The translations under genes were made by a program, and so were the position numbers. From the NCBI GenBank assembly GCA_964652535.1, contig CAZZDR010000002.1, forward strand, positions 14,839 to 53,725: a DNA stretch of 38,887 bases, read 5' to 3'. The stretch comes from an uncultured Hymenobacter sp. Its GTDB lineage: Bacteria; Bacteroidota; Bacteroidia; Cytophagales; Hymenobacteraceae. The notes under the pieces were generated by a model. It was not told the origin of the DNA, did no database searches, and saw only the letters and a program-made list of their open reading frames with translations. This document shows, in pieces, positions 19,914 through 28,480 of this stretch (positions are counted from its first letter, which is position 1; each line of letters begins with the position of its first letter).

Positions 19914-20186
19914 TGAGCAACGAATGAAAAAGCGGGGGTAGGAAGCGTGGCCCTAAAGGTACGGCTCTGCGTGAGGCCTTTGGCGAGCTGTATAAGCTGT
20001 TAGTCGGTGAGCTCAATCTGCTTGCTGCGCGCACTTTTGCAAAAACATCTGGACATCGTGCAAAACTTTGTGATTATCAACCACATCACCTTACTTGCAA
20101 CGACATAGGCCAGCTTAATCCTGCAAGTACTAGGTTAGAGCTGGTCAAAAATCTCCCATTTATTCCATCATCCTTTTCTCACTTGT

Positions 20187-20558
20187 ATGGGCTTTGTTTC
20201 TGAATTCAAGGAGTTTGTCTCGAAAGGCAACGTGCTCGACTTGGCTGTCGGTGTTATTATTGGCGCGGCTTTTGGCAAGATAGTTTCGTCCCTAACCGAT
20301 GATATCATAATGCCTGTGCTGGGCCTAATAGTCGGCAAAGTTGATTATTCTACTATCGCGTTGGGGCCTATGAAGATAGGTTTATTCATCAATGCCGTTC
20401 TTAATTTCTTCATTATTGCGTTTTGTATTTTTCTAGTAGTCAAGGCAGCTAATAAGTTCAAACGCCCCGTTGCAGTAGTGGAAGTAGTAGCTCCCGTTGC
20501 TACCAAAGACCAAGTGCTTCTGGCCGAAATTCGCGATGCCCTGCGCAACCGCGTTTAG
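20187..20558 (+). CDS. mscL: Large-conductance mechanosensitive channel
   Basis: [40 protein letters not shown]. Confidence 0.97.
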   Translation: MGFVSEFKEFVSKGNVLDLAVGVIIGAAFGKIVSSLTDDIIMPVLGLIVGKVDYSTIALGPMKIGLFINAVLNFFIIAFCIFLVVKAANKFKRPVAVVEVVAPVATKDQVLLAEIRDALRNRV

Positions 20559-20634
20559 CTACTAGTACTAGCTCGGAACCTTCTTTTGCTGCCCAGCCTT
20601 ACTAGCCCTACCCCCATTTTTTGTAGTATCGCTC

Positions 20635-21066
20635 GTGAAAACTTTTTTTCTGATGGTGCTAGCGACTGGTTCAGTGCTTCTCGCAACTGCCTCCGCGCAA
20701 GCCCAGACAACTGCTCCCAACTTCCCGGCGCCTCCTGGCAGCCCGGCTCGGACCGCACCGACCCCTACTGGTAACGCCGACCGTATGCGCCGCCAGCAGC
20801 AGATGAGCCCGGAGGATGTGGCCCGCGACCAGCAGATGCAGGTTTTGGAAGCCCGCACGGGCAACACGAGCTTGGGTGCCGAGCGTGGCGGCCCATACCG
20901 GCAGCTTGACAAAAACGGGGGCTCCTTCACCGTGCGCAAGTTTCGGGCGCTGCCTGGCCAGGAGCAGAAGCGTGGCGTATCACGGCGAGTGCCAATGGGG
21001 GCCCGTACCAACGGCAAGCCTCTTGTGCACGACCACGGCCGCAAGAAGAAGTTTCTCTTTTTTTAA
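20635..21066 (+). CDS. Hypothetical secreted protein
   Basis: GTG start, Sec-type signal peptide ending ASA-QAQ, followed by its own terminator. Confidence 0.7.
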   Translation: MKTFFLMVLATGSVLLATASAQAQTTAPNFPAPPGSPARTAPTPTGNADRMRRQQQMSPEDVARDQQMQVLEARTGNTSLGAERGGPYRQLDKNGGSFTVRKFRALPGQEQKRGVSRRVPMGARTNGKPLVHDHGRKKKFLFF

Positions 21067-21082
21067 CTTACTAGATTTTGCG

Positions 21083-21116
21083 AAAGCCTCCTGATGTTAG
21101 TCAGGAGGCTTTTTTT
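21083..21116 (+). terminator. Intrinsic terminator of the hypothetical gene
   Basis: aaagcctcctga-tgttag-tcaggaggc followed by a T run. Confidence 0.85.
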
Positions 21117-21157
21117 AGCCGAGAGATGGGGGTAGGGCACTAAATATTATACGCAAC

Positions 21158-21189
21158 AAAAAAGGCTGCCTGGAAAGGCAGCCTTTTTT
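21158..21189 (-). terminator. Bidirectional intrinsic terminator after infB
   Basis: A6-ggctgcct-ggaa-aggcagcc-T6. Confidence 0.85.
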
Positions 21190-21207
21190 ACGTTTATAGA
21201 TGCGCGA

Positions 21208-24200
21208 TTAAAGCTTGCGCTTGATTTCCTGTTCCTCGAAGCCTTCGATGTTATCGCCTTCTTGGAGGTCATTGAAATTCTTAACCGAGATACCGCACTC
21301 ATAGCCCTGGCGCACTTCCGACACATCGTCTTTGAAGCGCTTGAGGTCTTGAATTTCGCCTGTGTATTGCACAATACCGTTGCGCACTACTCGTACCCGA
21401 GTCTTGCGGGTGAAGGTGCCATCGGTAACCATACAGCCGGCGATAGTACCAACTTTCGTAATGTTGAACACTTGGCGAACTTCGGCATTGGCCACCACGA
21501 TTTCGTGGACAGTAGGGGCAAGCATGCCTTCCATTGCGTCCTTCACCTCGTTGATGGCATTGTAGATAATCGAGTACAGGCGCACGTCAATCTGCTCCTG
21601 CTCGGCCAAACGCCGGGCACTTTGCGAAGGACGAACCTGGAAACCGATGATGATAGCGTCGGAAGCCGAAGCCAGCAACACGTCGCTCTCAGAGATAGCA
21701 CCTACCCCTTTGCTTAGGATATTCACCTTCACCTCGGGGGTAGATAGCTTCAGCAATGAGTCGGAGAGTGCTTCCACTGAACCGTCCACGTCACCTTTTA
21801 CCAGGATATTCAGTTCCTTAAACGAGCCGATAGCTAGACGGCGACCAATCTCATCGAGGGTAATGTGCTTCTTGGTACGAATACTCTGCTCACGTGCCAG
21901 TTGCTGGCGCTGGGTAGCTAGCTCGCGGGCTTCGCGCTCCGTTTCCATTACCTGGATACGGTCGCCCGCCTGCGGCGCACCTGTCAGACCGAGCACCTGT
22001 ACAGGAGTAGCAGGGCCAGCGATTTTCTTCTTTTTGCCGCGGTAATCGGTCATGGCCTTTACGCGGCCGTAGTGCGGGCCAGCCAGTACGATATCGCCTA
22101 CGTTAAGGGTGCCGGTTTGCACCAGTACGGTGGTTACATAGCCGCGGCCTTTGTCCAGCTCAGCTTCGATAACCGTACCAACCGCGTTGCGATTAGGGTT
22201 AGCGTGTAGGTCAAGCAATTCGGCTTCGAGGAGTACCTTTTCAAGTAGATCCTCTACGCCTATACCTGACTTAGCCGATACTTCTTGGCTCTGGTATTTA
22301 CCACCCCACTCTTCCACGAGAATATTCATCTGTGAAAGCTCTTCGCGAATCTTCTCGGGGTTGGCAGTGGGTTTGTCGACCTTGTTGAGGGCAATGATAA
22401 TCGGTACGCCAGCAGCCTGCGCGTGGTTGATGGCTTCCTTGGTCTGAGGCATCACCGAGTCGTCTGCCGCAATCACGATAATGGCGATGTCGGTCACCTT
22501 GGCACCCCGAGCACGCATGGCCGTAAAGGCTTCGTGACCAGGCGTATCAAGGAAAGTAATCGGGTTGCCCGACTTCGTTTTCACTTCATACGCACCAATG
22601 TGCTGCGTAATACCGCCGGCTTCGCCTTTGGCTACACTAGCCTCACGGATGTAGTCAAGCAGCGACGTTTTGCCGTGGTCGACGTGGCCCATGATAGTTA
22701 CGATAGGCGCACGGGGGACGAGGTCCTCCGGTGCATCGCTCATGTCGATAGGCTCTTCGTCTTCCTCAGCCGACAAGAACTCTACGTCATAACCAAACTC
22801 GTCGGCAATCACAGTAATAGCCTCAGCATCGAGACGCTGGTTGATGGAGACGAACATCCCCATACCCAAACACACCTTGATGACCTCATTCACGTTCACA
22901 TCCATCAACGACGCTAGGTCATTGGCAGAGATGAATTCGGTGAGCTTAAGAGTCTTTGCATCAAGCTCGTTCTGGGCACGCAGTGCTTCGCGCTCTTCCG
23001 CAGCCATACCGCGCTTGTCGCGGCGGTATTTAGCCCGGTTAGCAGCAGCGTTGGTTTTGCCACCACTTAGCTTAGCCAGCGTGGCTTTGATTTGCTCCTG
23101 AATCTGCTTGTCGTTCTGCTCAGGCGTAAGCGGTACCTGTGGCGTAGCAGGGCGGTTGTTGCCGGGGCCGGGGCGATTATTACCTTGGCCGGGGCGGTTG
23201 CCCTGACCCGGACCACCAGGGCGGTTGCCACCAGCACCAGCGCCAGCTGGGCGGTTGCCTTGGTAGCCGCCGCCTGCTTGGCCAGTACCTGTGCTGGTAC
23301 CAGCACCCGCACCACCGCCTGGCTGGCCAGGGGCAGGTAAGCGTTGGCGCTTCTTTTGATTATTAGTACCTACGCCGCTCTTACGAACGTCGGACGACGC
23401 CACAGGGCGCGGGCCGCGCCCGCCAGGACCACGGCGGCTTGAGTCGAGCGGTAACTGAATTTTGCCCAGTACTGTCAAGCCCTTCAGCTGATCTGCCTTA
23501 GCTGTGATAGTACCTTCTTCCGCTGCTGGAGCTTCAGGGGCAGCCGGTGGGGTAGTAACTGTAGCTACAACCGGCGCCGGTACGGGTGCGCTCGGGGCAG
23601 CAGCTGGTGCGGCCGGAGCAACAGCAGGCGCACTTGCTACCGGAGCTGCAGGTGTAGGTGCTGATGTTGCAGTTGGAACCGATTTAACTTCTGCAGCGGG
23701 GGTAGGCTTAGGTGCAACTGGAGTAGGTACAGCAGCTGCCACTGGGGCCGGGGCTACTACTGCAGCCGGAGCCGCGACTGGTGCAGGCGCCGCTACCGGA
23801 GCTGGTGCAGCTGCGCGAGCCGGAATAACGCGGCCCTTGCTGTCCAACTCAATTCTGCCCAATACTTTAAGGCCGGGAGCTTTTGGAGCTTCGGCAATAG
23901 TTGGAGCAGATTTGGCTTCTACTAAGGGGGTGGGGGCAGGCGCCGCTGGCACAGATGCAGTAGCCACAGGCGTAGCTACTACTGGGGCAGGTGCAGCAGC
24001 CACAGGCGTAGCTACTACTGGGGCAGGGGCTACTGGTGTAGTAGCTACTACTGCGGCCGGTGCAGCAACTGGCTCCGGTGCTGGCGCTACTACTGGTACA
24101 GGGGCTGCTGCCACTACCGGCGCTGGGGCTGGCTTAGCTACCGGCGCCACAGGGGCGGCCGGCGCAGGCTTAGCCACGGCTGCTTGGGCATTCAGTTCGC

Positions 24201-24420
24201 TTTGGCGGCGAGCCTGAGTGTGGCGCTGGGCTTCTTGCTTGTCTTGGGCTGAGGCAGCAAATTCTTTTTCCAACATGCTTACCTGCTCACCAGTGAGCTT
24301 AGTGGTAGGCTTGTTTTCTACCGCAATCCCTTTGCGGGAAAGGGCCTCGACGGCCCGGTCGATGCCAATGTTCAGGTCTTTGGCTGCCTGTAAAAGCCGT
24401 TTCGGGGTTGCTTCCGCCAT
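21208..24420 (-). CDS. infB: Translation initiation factor IF-2
   Basis: [45 protein letters not shown]; long Ala/Pro-rich N-terminal linker; start moved to ATG 24420. Confidence 0.98.
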   Translation of the reverse strand: MAEATPKRLLQAAKDLNIGIDRAVEALSRKGIAVENKPTTKLTGEQVSMLEKEFAASAQDKQEAQRHTQARRQSELNAQAAVAKPAPAAPVAPVAKPAPAPVVAAAPVPVVAPAPEPVAAPAAVVATTPVAPAPVVATPVAAAPAPVVATPVATASVPAAPAPTPLVEAKSAPTIAEAPKAPGLKVLGRIELDSKGRVIPARAAAPAPVAAPAPVAAPAAVVAPAPVAAAVPTPVAPKPTPAAEVKSVPTATSAPTPAAPVASAPAVAPAAPAAAPSAPVPAPVVATVTTPPAAPEAPAAEEGTITAKADQLKGLTVLGKIQLPLDSSRRGPGGRGPRPVASSDVRKSGVGTNNQKKRQRLPAPGQPGGGAGAGTSTGTGQAGGGYQGNRPAGAGAGGNRPGGPGQGNRPGQGNNRPGPGNNRPATPQVPLTPEQNDKQIQEQIKATLAKLSGGKTNAAANRAKYRRDKRGMAAEEREALRAQNELDAKTLKLTEFISANDLASLMDVNVNEVIKVCLGMGMFVSINQRLDAEAITVIADEFGYDVEFLSAEEDEEPIDMSDAPEDLVPRAPIVTIMGHVDHGKTSLLDYIREASVAKGEAGGITQHIGAYEVKTKSGNPITFLDTPGHEAFTAMRARGAKVTDIAIIVIAADDSVMPQTKEAINHAQAAGVPIIIALNKVDKPTANPEKIREELSQMNILVEEWGGKYQSQEVSAKSGIGVEDLLEKVLLEAELLDLHANPNRNAVGTVIEAELDKGRGYVTTVLVQTGTLNVGDIVLAGPHYGRVKAMTDYRGKKKKIAGPATPVQVLGLTGAPQAGDRIQVMETEREARELATQRQQLAREQSIRTKKHITLDEIGRRLAIGSFKELNILVKGDVDGSVEALSDSLLKLSTPEVKVNILSKGVGAISESDVLLASASDAIIIGFQVRPSQSARRLAEQEQIDVRLYSIIYNAINEVKDAMEGMLAPTVHEIVVANAEVRQVFNITKVGTIAGCMVTDGTFTRKTRVRVVRNGIVQYTGEIQDLKRFKDDVSEVRQGYECGISVKNFNDLQEGDNIEGFEEQEIKRKL
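23957..24027. repeat. 36-bp-period in-frame tandem duplication in the infB linker
   Basis: agccacaggcgtagctactactggggcagg is identical at 23962-23991 and 23998-24027 ([10 protein letters not shown] x2). Confidence 0.85.
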
Positions 24421-24453
24421 TCTAATAAGTCGCGAACGAATACGTTCAGGGTG

Positions 24454-24461
24454 CAAAGGTA
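24454..24461 (-). promoter_or_regulatory. -7 promoter element between nusA and infB
   Basis: TACCTTTG on the minus strand, about 33 nt upstream of the infB ATG. Confidence 0.6.
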
Positions 24462-24544
24462 AAGATTAAATCTGGCCAGCAGGCTATAAGTCAAGCCTAC
24501 TGGCTCGATTTAATAACTTACCCGCTGGCGGTTGGCCCCGGCCC

Positions 24545-25960
24545 TCATTGGGCGGCCGGGGCGCTGTCGGTATCGGTGGCGGGAGCTGGGGTAGGCTCAG
24601 GCTCTTCAGTGGCAACATTCGAAGCGGCTGCTGCAGTAGCAGCGGCATCCTCAGGTAGGTTGTCATCGTCAGCAAATTCTTGGCGGATAACCCGGTAGAC
24701 ATCGTCCACCGTTTCTTCCTCCAGTTCCGTGCGGCGTACAATGTCGTCTTTCTTGACGGCCAGTACGGCCCGGCCAGTATCGAGGCCGATTTTCTTCAGC
24801 TCGGAAATTACCCAGCCTTCGATTTCGTCGGTAAACTCGTCGAGCGAAATATCTTCCTCGTAGTCGGTTGCTTCGCGGAAAACGTCAATTTCCATGCCTA
24901 CCAGCCGCGAGGCCAGCTTGATGTTGGCCCCGCCACGGCCAATGGCCAGGCTAACTTGGTCTGGCTTCATGAACACGGAAACCCGGCCGGTTTGTTCACT
25001 GATTTTCATCGAGCCAACTTTGGCCGGACTCAGCGCCCGCGAAATGAACAGCTCCAGGTTATCGGTGTAGTTAATGATGTCGATATTCTCGTTCATCAAT
25101 TCACGCACCACGGGGTGAATGCGGCTACCCTTCATGCCTACGCAGGCGCCCACCGGGTCGATGCGCTCGTCGTAGCTTTCTACGGCTACTTTGGCGCGTT
25201 CGCCGGGCTCGCGCACCACATTTTTGATACTGATAAGCCCGTCGAAAATCTCGGGGACTTCCTGCTCAAACAAACGCTCCAGGAAAGCGGGCGCGGCGCG
25301 GCTCAGAATTACTTTGGGCGAGCCGTTTACTACGTCCACGCGGTGCACTACGGCGCGCACGGTGTCGCCTTTGCGGTAGCGGTCCTTCGGGATCTGCTCG
25401 CTTTTGGGCAGCACCAACTCGTTCTCGTCCTTGTCCAGGATGAGCGCCTCGCGGCTCCACACCTGGTATACTTCGCCGGTGATGATTTCGCCCACGAGGT
25501 CCTTGTATTTCTGGTACAAGTTGTCGCGCTCCATATCCTTCACCCGCTGAATGAGCGTCTGGCGAGCCAGCAGCACGGCCCGGCGGCCAAAGTCCTCAAT
25601 CTTAATCGGCTCGGCAACCGATTCGCCAATCTCAAAGTCAGGCTCGATTTTTTGGGCTTCCGCCAGCGGAATCTTGTCTAGGTCCCAGATATCCTCCGAG
25701 TCGTCGTCCACAATTTCGCGGTTGCGCCAAATTTCCAAGTCACCGTTATCAGGGTTGATGATAACGTCGAAGTTGGAATCATCTTCAAACCGCTTGCGAA
25801 TCATCGTCCGAAACACGTCGTCGAGAATCGACATCATCGTGGGCCGGTCGATATTGCGGCTCTTCGCGAACTCCTGAAAGTTCTCGATGAGCAAGCGCGC
25901 GTTCATGTCGGCGGCAGCGGCAGCTACTTCCTGCGGGCTGGGAGTGACTTTTTTAGCCAT
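24545..25960 (-). CDS. nusA: Transcription termination/antitermination factor NusA
   Basis: FGRRAVLLARQ, S1 domain, REPGERAKVAV, DPVGACVGMKGSRI, SLAIGRGGANIKLA; alternative start at internal Met about 25906. Confidence 0.97.
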   Translation of the reverse strand: MAKKVTPSPQEVAAAAADMNARLLIENFQEFAKSRNIDRPTMMSILDDVFRTMIRKRFEDDSNFDVIINPDNGDLEIWRNREIVDDDSEDIWDLDKIPLAEAQKIEPDFEIGESVAEPIKIEDFGRRAVLLARQTLIQRVKDMERDNLYQKYKDLVGEIITGEVYQVWSREALILDKDENELVLPKSEQIPKDRYRKGDTVRAVVHRVDVVNGSPKVILSRAAPAFLERLFEQEVPEIFDGLISIKNVVREPGERAKVAVESYDERIDPVGACVGMKGSRIHPVVRELMNENIDIINYTDNLELFISRALSPAKVGSMKISEQTGRVSVFMKPDQVSLAIGRGGANIKLASRLVGMEIDVFREATDYEEDISLDEFTDEIEGWVISELKKIGLDTGRAVLAVKKDDIVRRTELEEETVDDVYRVIRQEFADDDNLPEDAAATAAAASNVATEEPEPTPAPATDTDSAPAAQ

Positions 25961-26059
25961 TGAAGTGAAATGCTTAGTTGTTGGATTGTTTGCTGCTTGA
26001 ATAGGGGGTAGGCTTCTAGTAAAAACCAGAAAATCATTACCTCACAAAGCAGCTCAACC

Positions 26060-26533
26060 TTACTTAAAAGAGATAACAACGGTCGCTTCCTGAATGTCCC
26101 CGAAGGGAATAAAGGCGGCGGGTAGCGTAGTTTTTTTGGTTCTGACCTTGATAACTTCTTCCAACTCAATGCCTTCGTTGGTAACGGCCGTGAGCGGACC
26201 GGTTTTCTCGGTGCCGTCTTGCAGCTTGAGGGCCAGACTGCGGCCGATGTGGCGGTGGTACTGGCGCGGGTCGGTCAGGGGCTGGTCGGCGCCGGGCGAC
26301 GTCACTTCGAGCGAGTAGGCAGCGTCCTCGCCGTAGGTCTCTTCGAGCCCGCGGTTGAGGCGGCGCGTCACCTGGGCGCACTCCTGAATACCAAGGCCGT
26401 TGGGCCCGTCGAGGGTAACGGTAATCTTAGGCATCACCGAGTCCGACACGGTGAGGCCGACCACGTACAGGCCACTGTCGCCGAGGGCGTCGGCGAGGAG
26501 CTGCTGAATGCGGGTTTGGTCAAATTGAGCCAT
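26060..26533 (-). CDS. rimP: Ribosome maturation factor RimP
   Basis: IQECAQVTR, YSLEVTSPGADQPL; rimP-nusA-infB order; start moved to ATG 26533. Confidence 0.93.
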   Translation of the reverse strand: MAQFDQTRIQQLLADALGDSGLYVVGLTVSDSVMPKITVTLDGPNGLGIQECAQVTRRLNRGLEETYGEDAAYSLEVTSPGADQPLTDPRQYHRHIGRSLALKLQDGTEKTGPLTAVTNEGIELEEVIKVRTKKTTLPAAFIPFGDIQEATVVISFK

Positions 26534-26552
26534 GACAGGCGGGGTAGGGGGC

Positions 26553-26584
26553 AAAAAAAGAGGGGACTGCGCGTCCCCTCTTTT
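26553..26584 (-). promoter_or_regulatory. rimP-leader terminator/attenuator hairpin
   Basis: Minus strand aaaagaggggac-gcgca-gtcccctc-U7, located between the -7 element and the rimP start. Confidence 0.7.
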
Positions 26585-26609
26585 CAGATTGAATACCAAT
26601 TTTCTGGTG

Positions 26610-26617
26610 CAAAGATA
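26610..26617 (-). promoter_or_regulatory. -7 promoter element of the rimP-nusA-infB operon
   Basis: TATCTTTG on the minus strand. Confidence 0.65.
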
Positions 26618-26647
26618 CGGCTTTTTGCGGCTCGGTGCAATTGCCCG

Positions 26648-28405
26648 TTAGTAGCCCACGGCTGCATCGTCGCCGCGCGGGTCGGCGCCGCCTTCGAGGC
26701 GGCCATCGGGCAGCACCCGAATGAGGTCGAGACGGCCCCAGGCGTTGCGTGGCTTGGGATTAAAGCCTTTTTGCTGAAGCGTTTGCTCGGCGGCGGGTGT
26801 CAGGGCGCCGGCCTCCACGTCGAGCTGGTCGGGCAGCCACTGGTGGTGCAGGCGCGGGGCGGCGGCCGTTTGCTCAGCATCGCCGCCGTAGTCTACCACT
26901 GCCAAAATGCTTTGCAACACCGTGGTAATGATGGTGCTGCCCCCCGGCGAGCCGGTGACGAGCGCCAGCTTGCCACCTTTGGCCAGGATGGTGGGCGTCA
27001 TGCTGCTGAGCATGCGCTTGCCGGGTGCGATGGCGTTGGCGGTACCGCCCACCAGGCCGTACATATTGGGCACGCCGGCCTTCGAGCTGAAATCATCCAT
27101 CTCATTATTAAGTAGAAAGCCTGCGCCGGCCACCACCACTTTGCTGCCGTAGGCGCCGTTGAGGGTGGTGGTGCAGCTCACGGCGTTGCCCTGTGCATCC
27201 ACGATGTCGTAGTGGGTGGTCTGGTCGCTTTCGTAGCGCGGTAGGCCCGGCCCGGCCGTAATGGTGGTACTAGGCGTGGCCTGGCCGTCGGGGCGAATAG
27301 TGCTGGCGCGTTGCTTGTTATAGTTTTTCTCCAGCAGCTGAGCCACCGGCACTTTACCAAAATCGGGGTCGCCGAGGTAGGTGGCGCGGTCGGCGTAGGC
27401 GCGGCGCTCGGCCTCGGTAATGAGGGCCACGGCGGCCGGCGTGTGGTAGCCAAGCTGGCCCAACTTATACGGCTCCAGCGTTTGCAAAATTTGCAGCAGC
27501 GCTACCCCCCCGCTGCTGGGCGGTGGCATCGTAAGTACATCGTAGCCGCGGTAGGTGCCACGCAGCGGGTCGCGCCACTTAGGCTGATAGGTGTCAAGGT
27601 CTTGCTGCGTAATCAACCCGCCGCCCTTTTTCATTTCGGCCAGCAACAGCTCGGCGGTGCGGCCCTGGTAGAAGCCGGCGCGACCCTGGTCCTGCACGCG
27701 CTGCAGCACGGCAGCCAGCTCAAGTTGTTTTAGCGTATCGCCGGCTTGCCAGGGAGTAGGGCGCACGAACACGGGCGGCGAGCCGGGATTGTACTTCGCA
27801 AAATCGGTCTGGGTGCGGTTGAGGCCGGCCGCTTCCTTCCCGGTGAGGGCCACGCCGCGGGCGGCCAGGCGCACGGCCGGCGCCACGAGTTGGGCCCAGG
27901 GCAGCTTACCCAGCTTCTTGTGCAAGGCTACCATGCCAGCCACCGTGCCGGGTGTGCCCACCGCCAGCGCGCCGGCCGTGCTTCGGCCGGGCACGATGTT
28001 GCCGCTGGCATCTAGATACATATCGCGGCTAGCGGCAGCGGGGGCGGTTTCGCGAAAGTCGAGCGTGCCGGCCAAACCTGCGTGGTCGCGGTACACGATA
28101 AAGCCGCCGCCGCCTACGTTGCCAGCCACCGGCAGCACCACGGCCAGCGCAAACTGCACGGCCACGGCCGCGTCGTAGGCATTGCCGCCCTGCTGCATAA
28201 TGGCGCGCCCCACCTGCGAGGCCGCCGGGTGCGCCGACACCACTAGCGCGTGGCGCGCCACCACGGGCGCGGCGGCCGGCGGCAGCTGGTCTTTAACCGG
28301 AGTGGAGGGGATAGGGCGAGTTGGGGCTGCGTGCTGGCCCAGGGCTGGGCCTGCCAGCGCCGCCACCAGCCAAGCCACCGTCGAAAAGCGAGAAATCGTG
28401 TGCAT
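26648..28405 (-). CDS. ggt: Gamma-glutamyltransferase (secreted)
   Basis: Signal peptide; GGNAYDAAVA, GNVGGGGF, DFRETAP, PPPSSGG, autocleavage site QTTHY, LLNNEMDDF, KRMLSSMTP, GSPGGSTI, GADPRGD. Confidence 0.96.
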   Translation of the reverse strand: MHTISRFSTVAWLVAALAGPALGQHAAPTRPIPSTPVKDQLPPAAAPVVARHALVVSAHPAASQVGRAIMQQGGNAYDAAVAVQFALAVVLPVAGNVGGGGFIVYRDHAGLAGTLDFRETAPAAASRDMYLDASGNIVPGRSTAGALAVGTPGTVAGMVALHKKLGKLPWAQLVAPAVRLAARGVALTGKEAAGLNRTQTDFAKYNPGSPPVFVRPTPWQAGDTLKQLELAAVLQRVQDQGRAGFYQGRTAELLLAEMKKGGGLITQQDLDTYQPKWRDPLRGTYRGYDVLTMPPPSSGGVALLQILQTLEPYKLGQLGYHTPAAVALITEAERRAYADRATYLGDPDFGKVPVAQLLEKNYNKQRASTIRPDGQATPSTTITAGPGLPRYESDQTTHYDIVDAQGNAVSCTTTLNGAYGSKVVVAGAGFLLNNEMDDFSSKAGVPNMYGLVGGTANAIAPGKRMLSSMTPTILAKGGKLALVTGSPGGSTIITTVLQSILAVVDYGGDAEQTAAAPRLHHQWLPDQLDVEAGALTPAAEQTLQQKGFNPKPRNAWGRLDLIRVLPDGRLEGGADPRGDDAAVGY

Positions 28406-28448
28406 GGCCGCAAAATAGCTCCAAAGGCCCGGCTACCGGGTAGTTGGC

Positions 28449-28456
28449 TACCTTTG
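28449..28456 (+). promoter_or_regulatory. -7 promoter element for glgB
   Basis: TACCTTTG, 24 nt upstream of ATG 28481. Confidence 0.6.
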
Positions 28457-28480
28457 GTCTACTCACCTTGCCCCTTTCCC

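Noticed and set aside
21131..21157. dif-like site: minus strand gttgcgtataa-tattta resembles a XerC arm plus spacer
   Set aside because: The XerD arm (TTATGTTAAAT-like) is absent, and GGGTAGGG polarity does not invert here
23500..24200. Repeats considered as a CRISPR array or mobile element
   Set aside because: They are in-frame coding repeats of IF2 with no spacers; no cas, transposase or integrase genes in the window
27200..27225. GGT motif TTHYD instead of TTHxS
   Set aside because: The nucleophile Thr and the other motifs are intact, so one substitution is too weak to claim altered function
28250..28480. 77-aa N-terminal extension of glgB in the ORF track
   Set aside because: Overlaps the divergent ggt start, and a -7 element at 28449 supports ATG 28481
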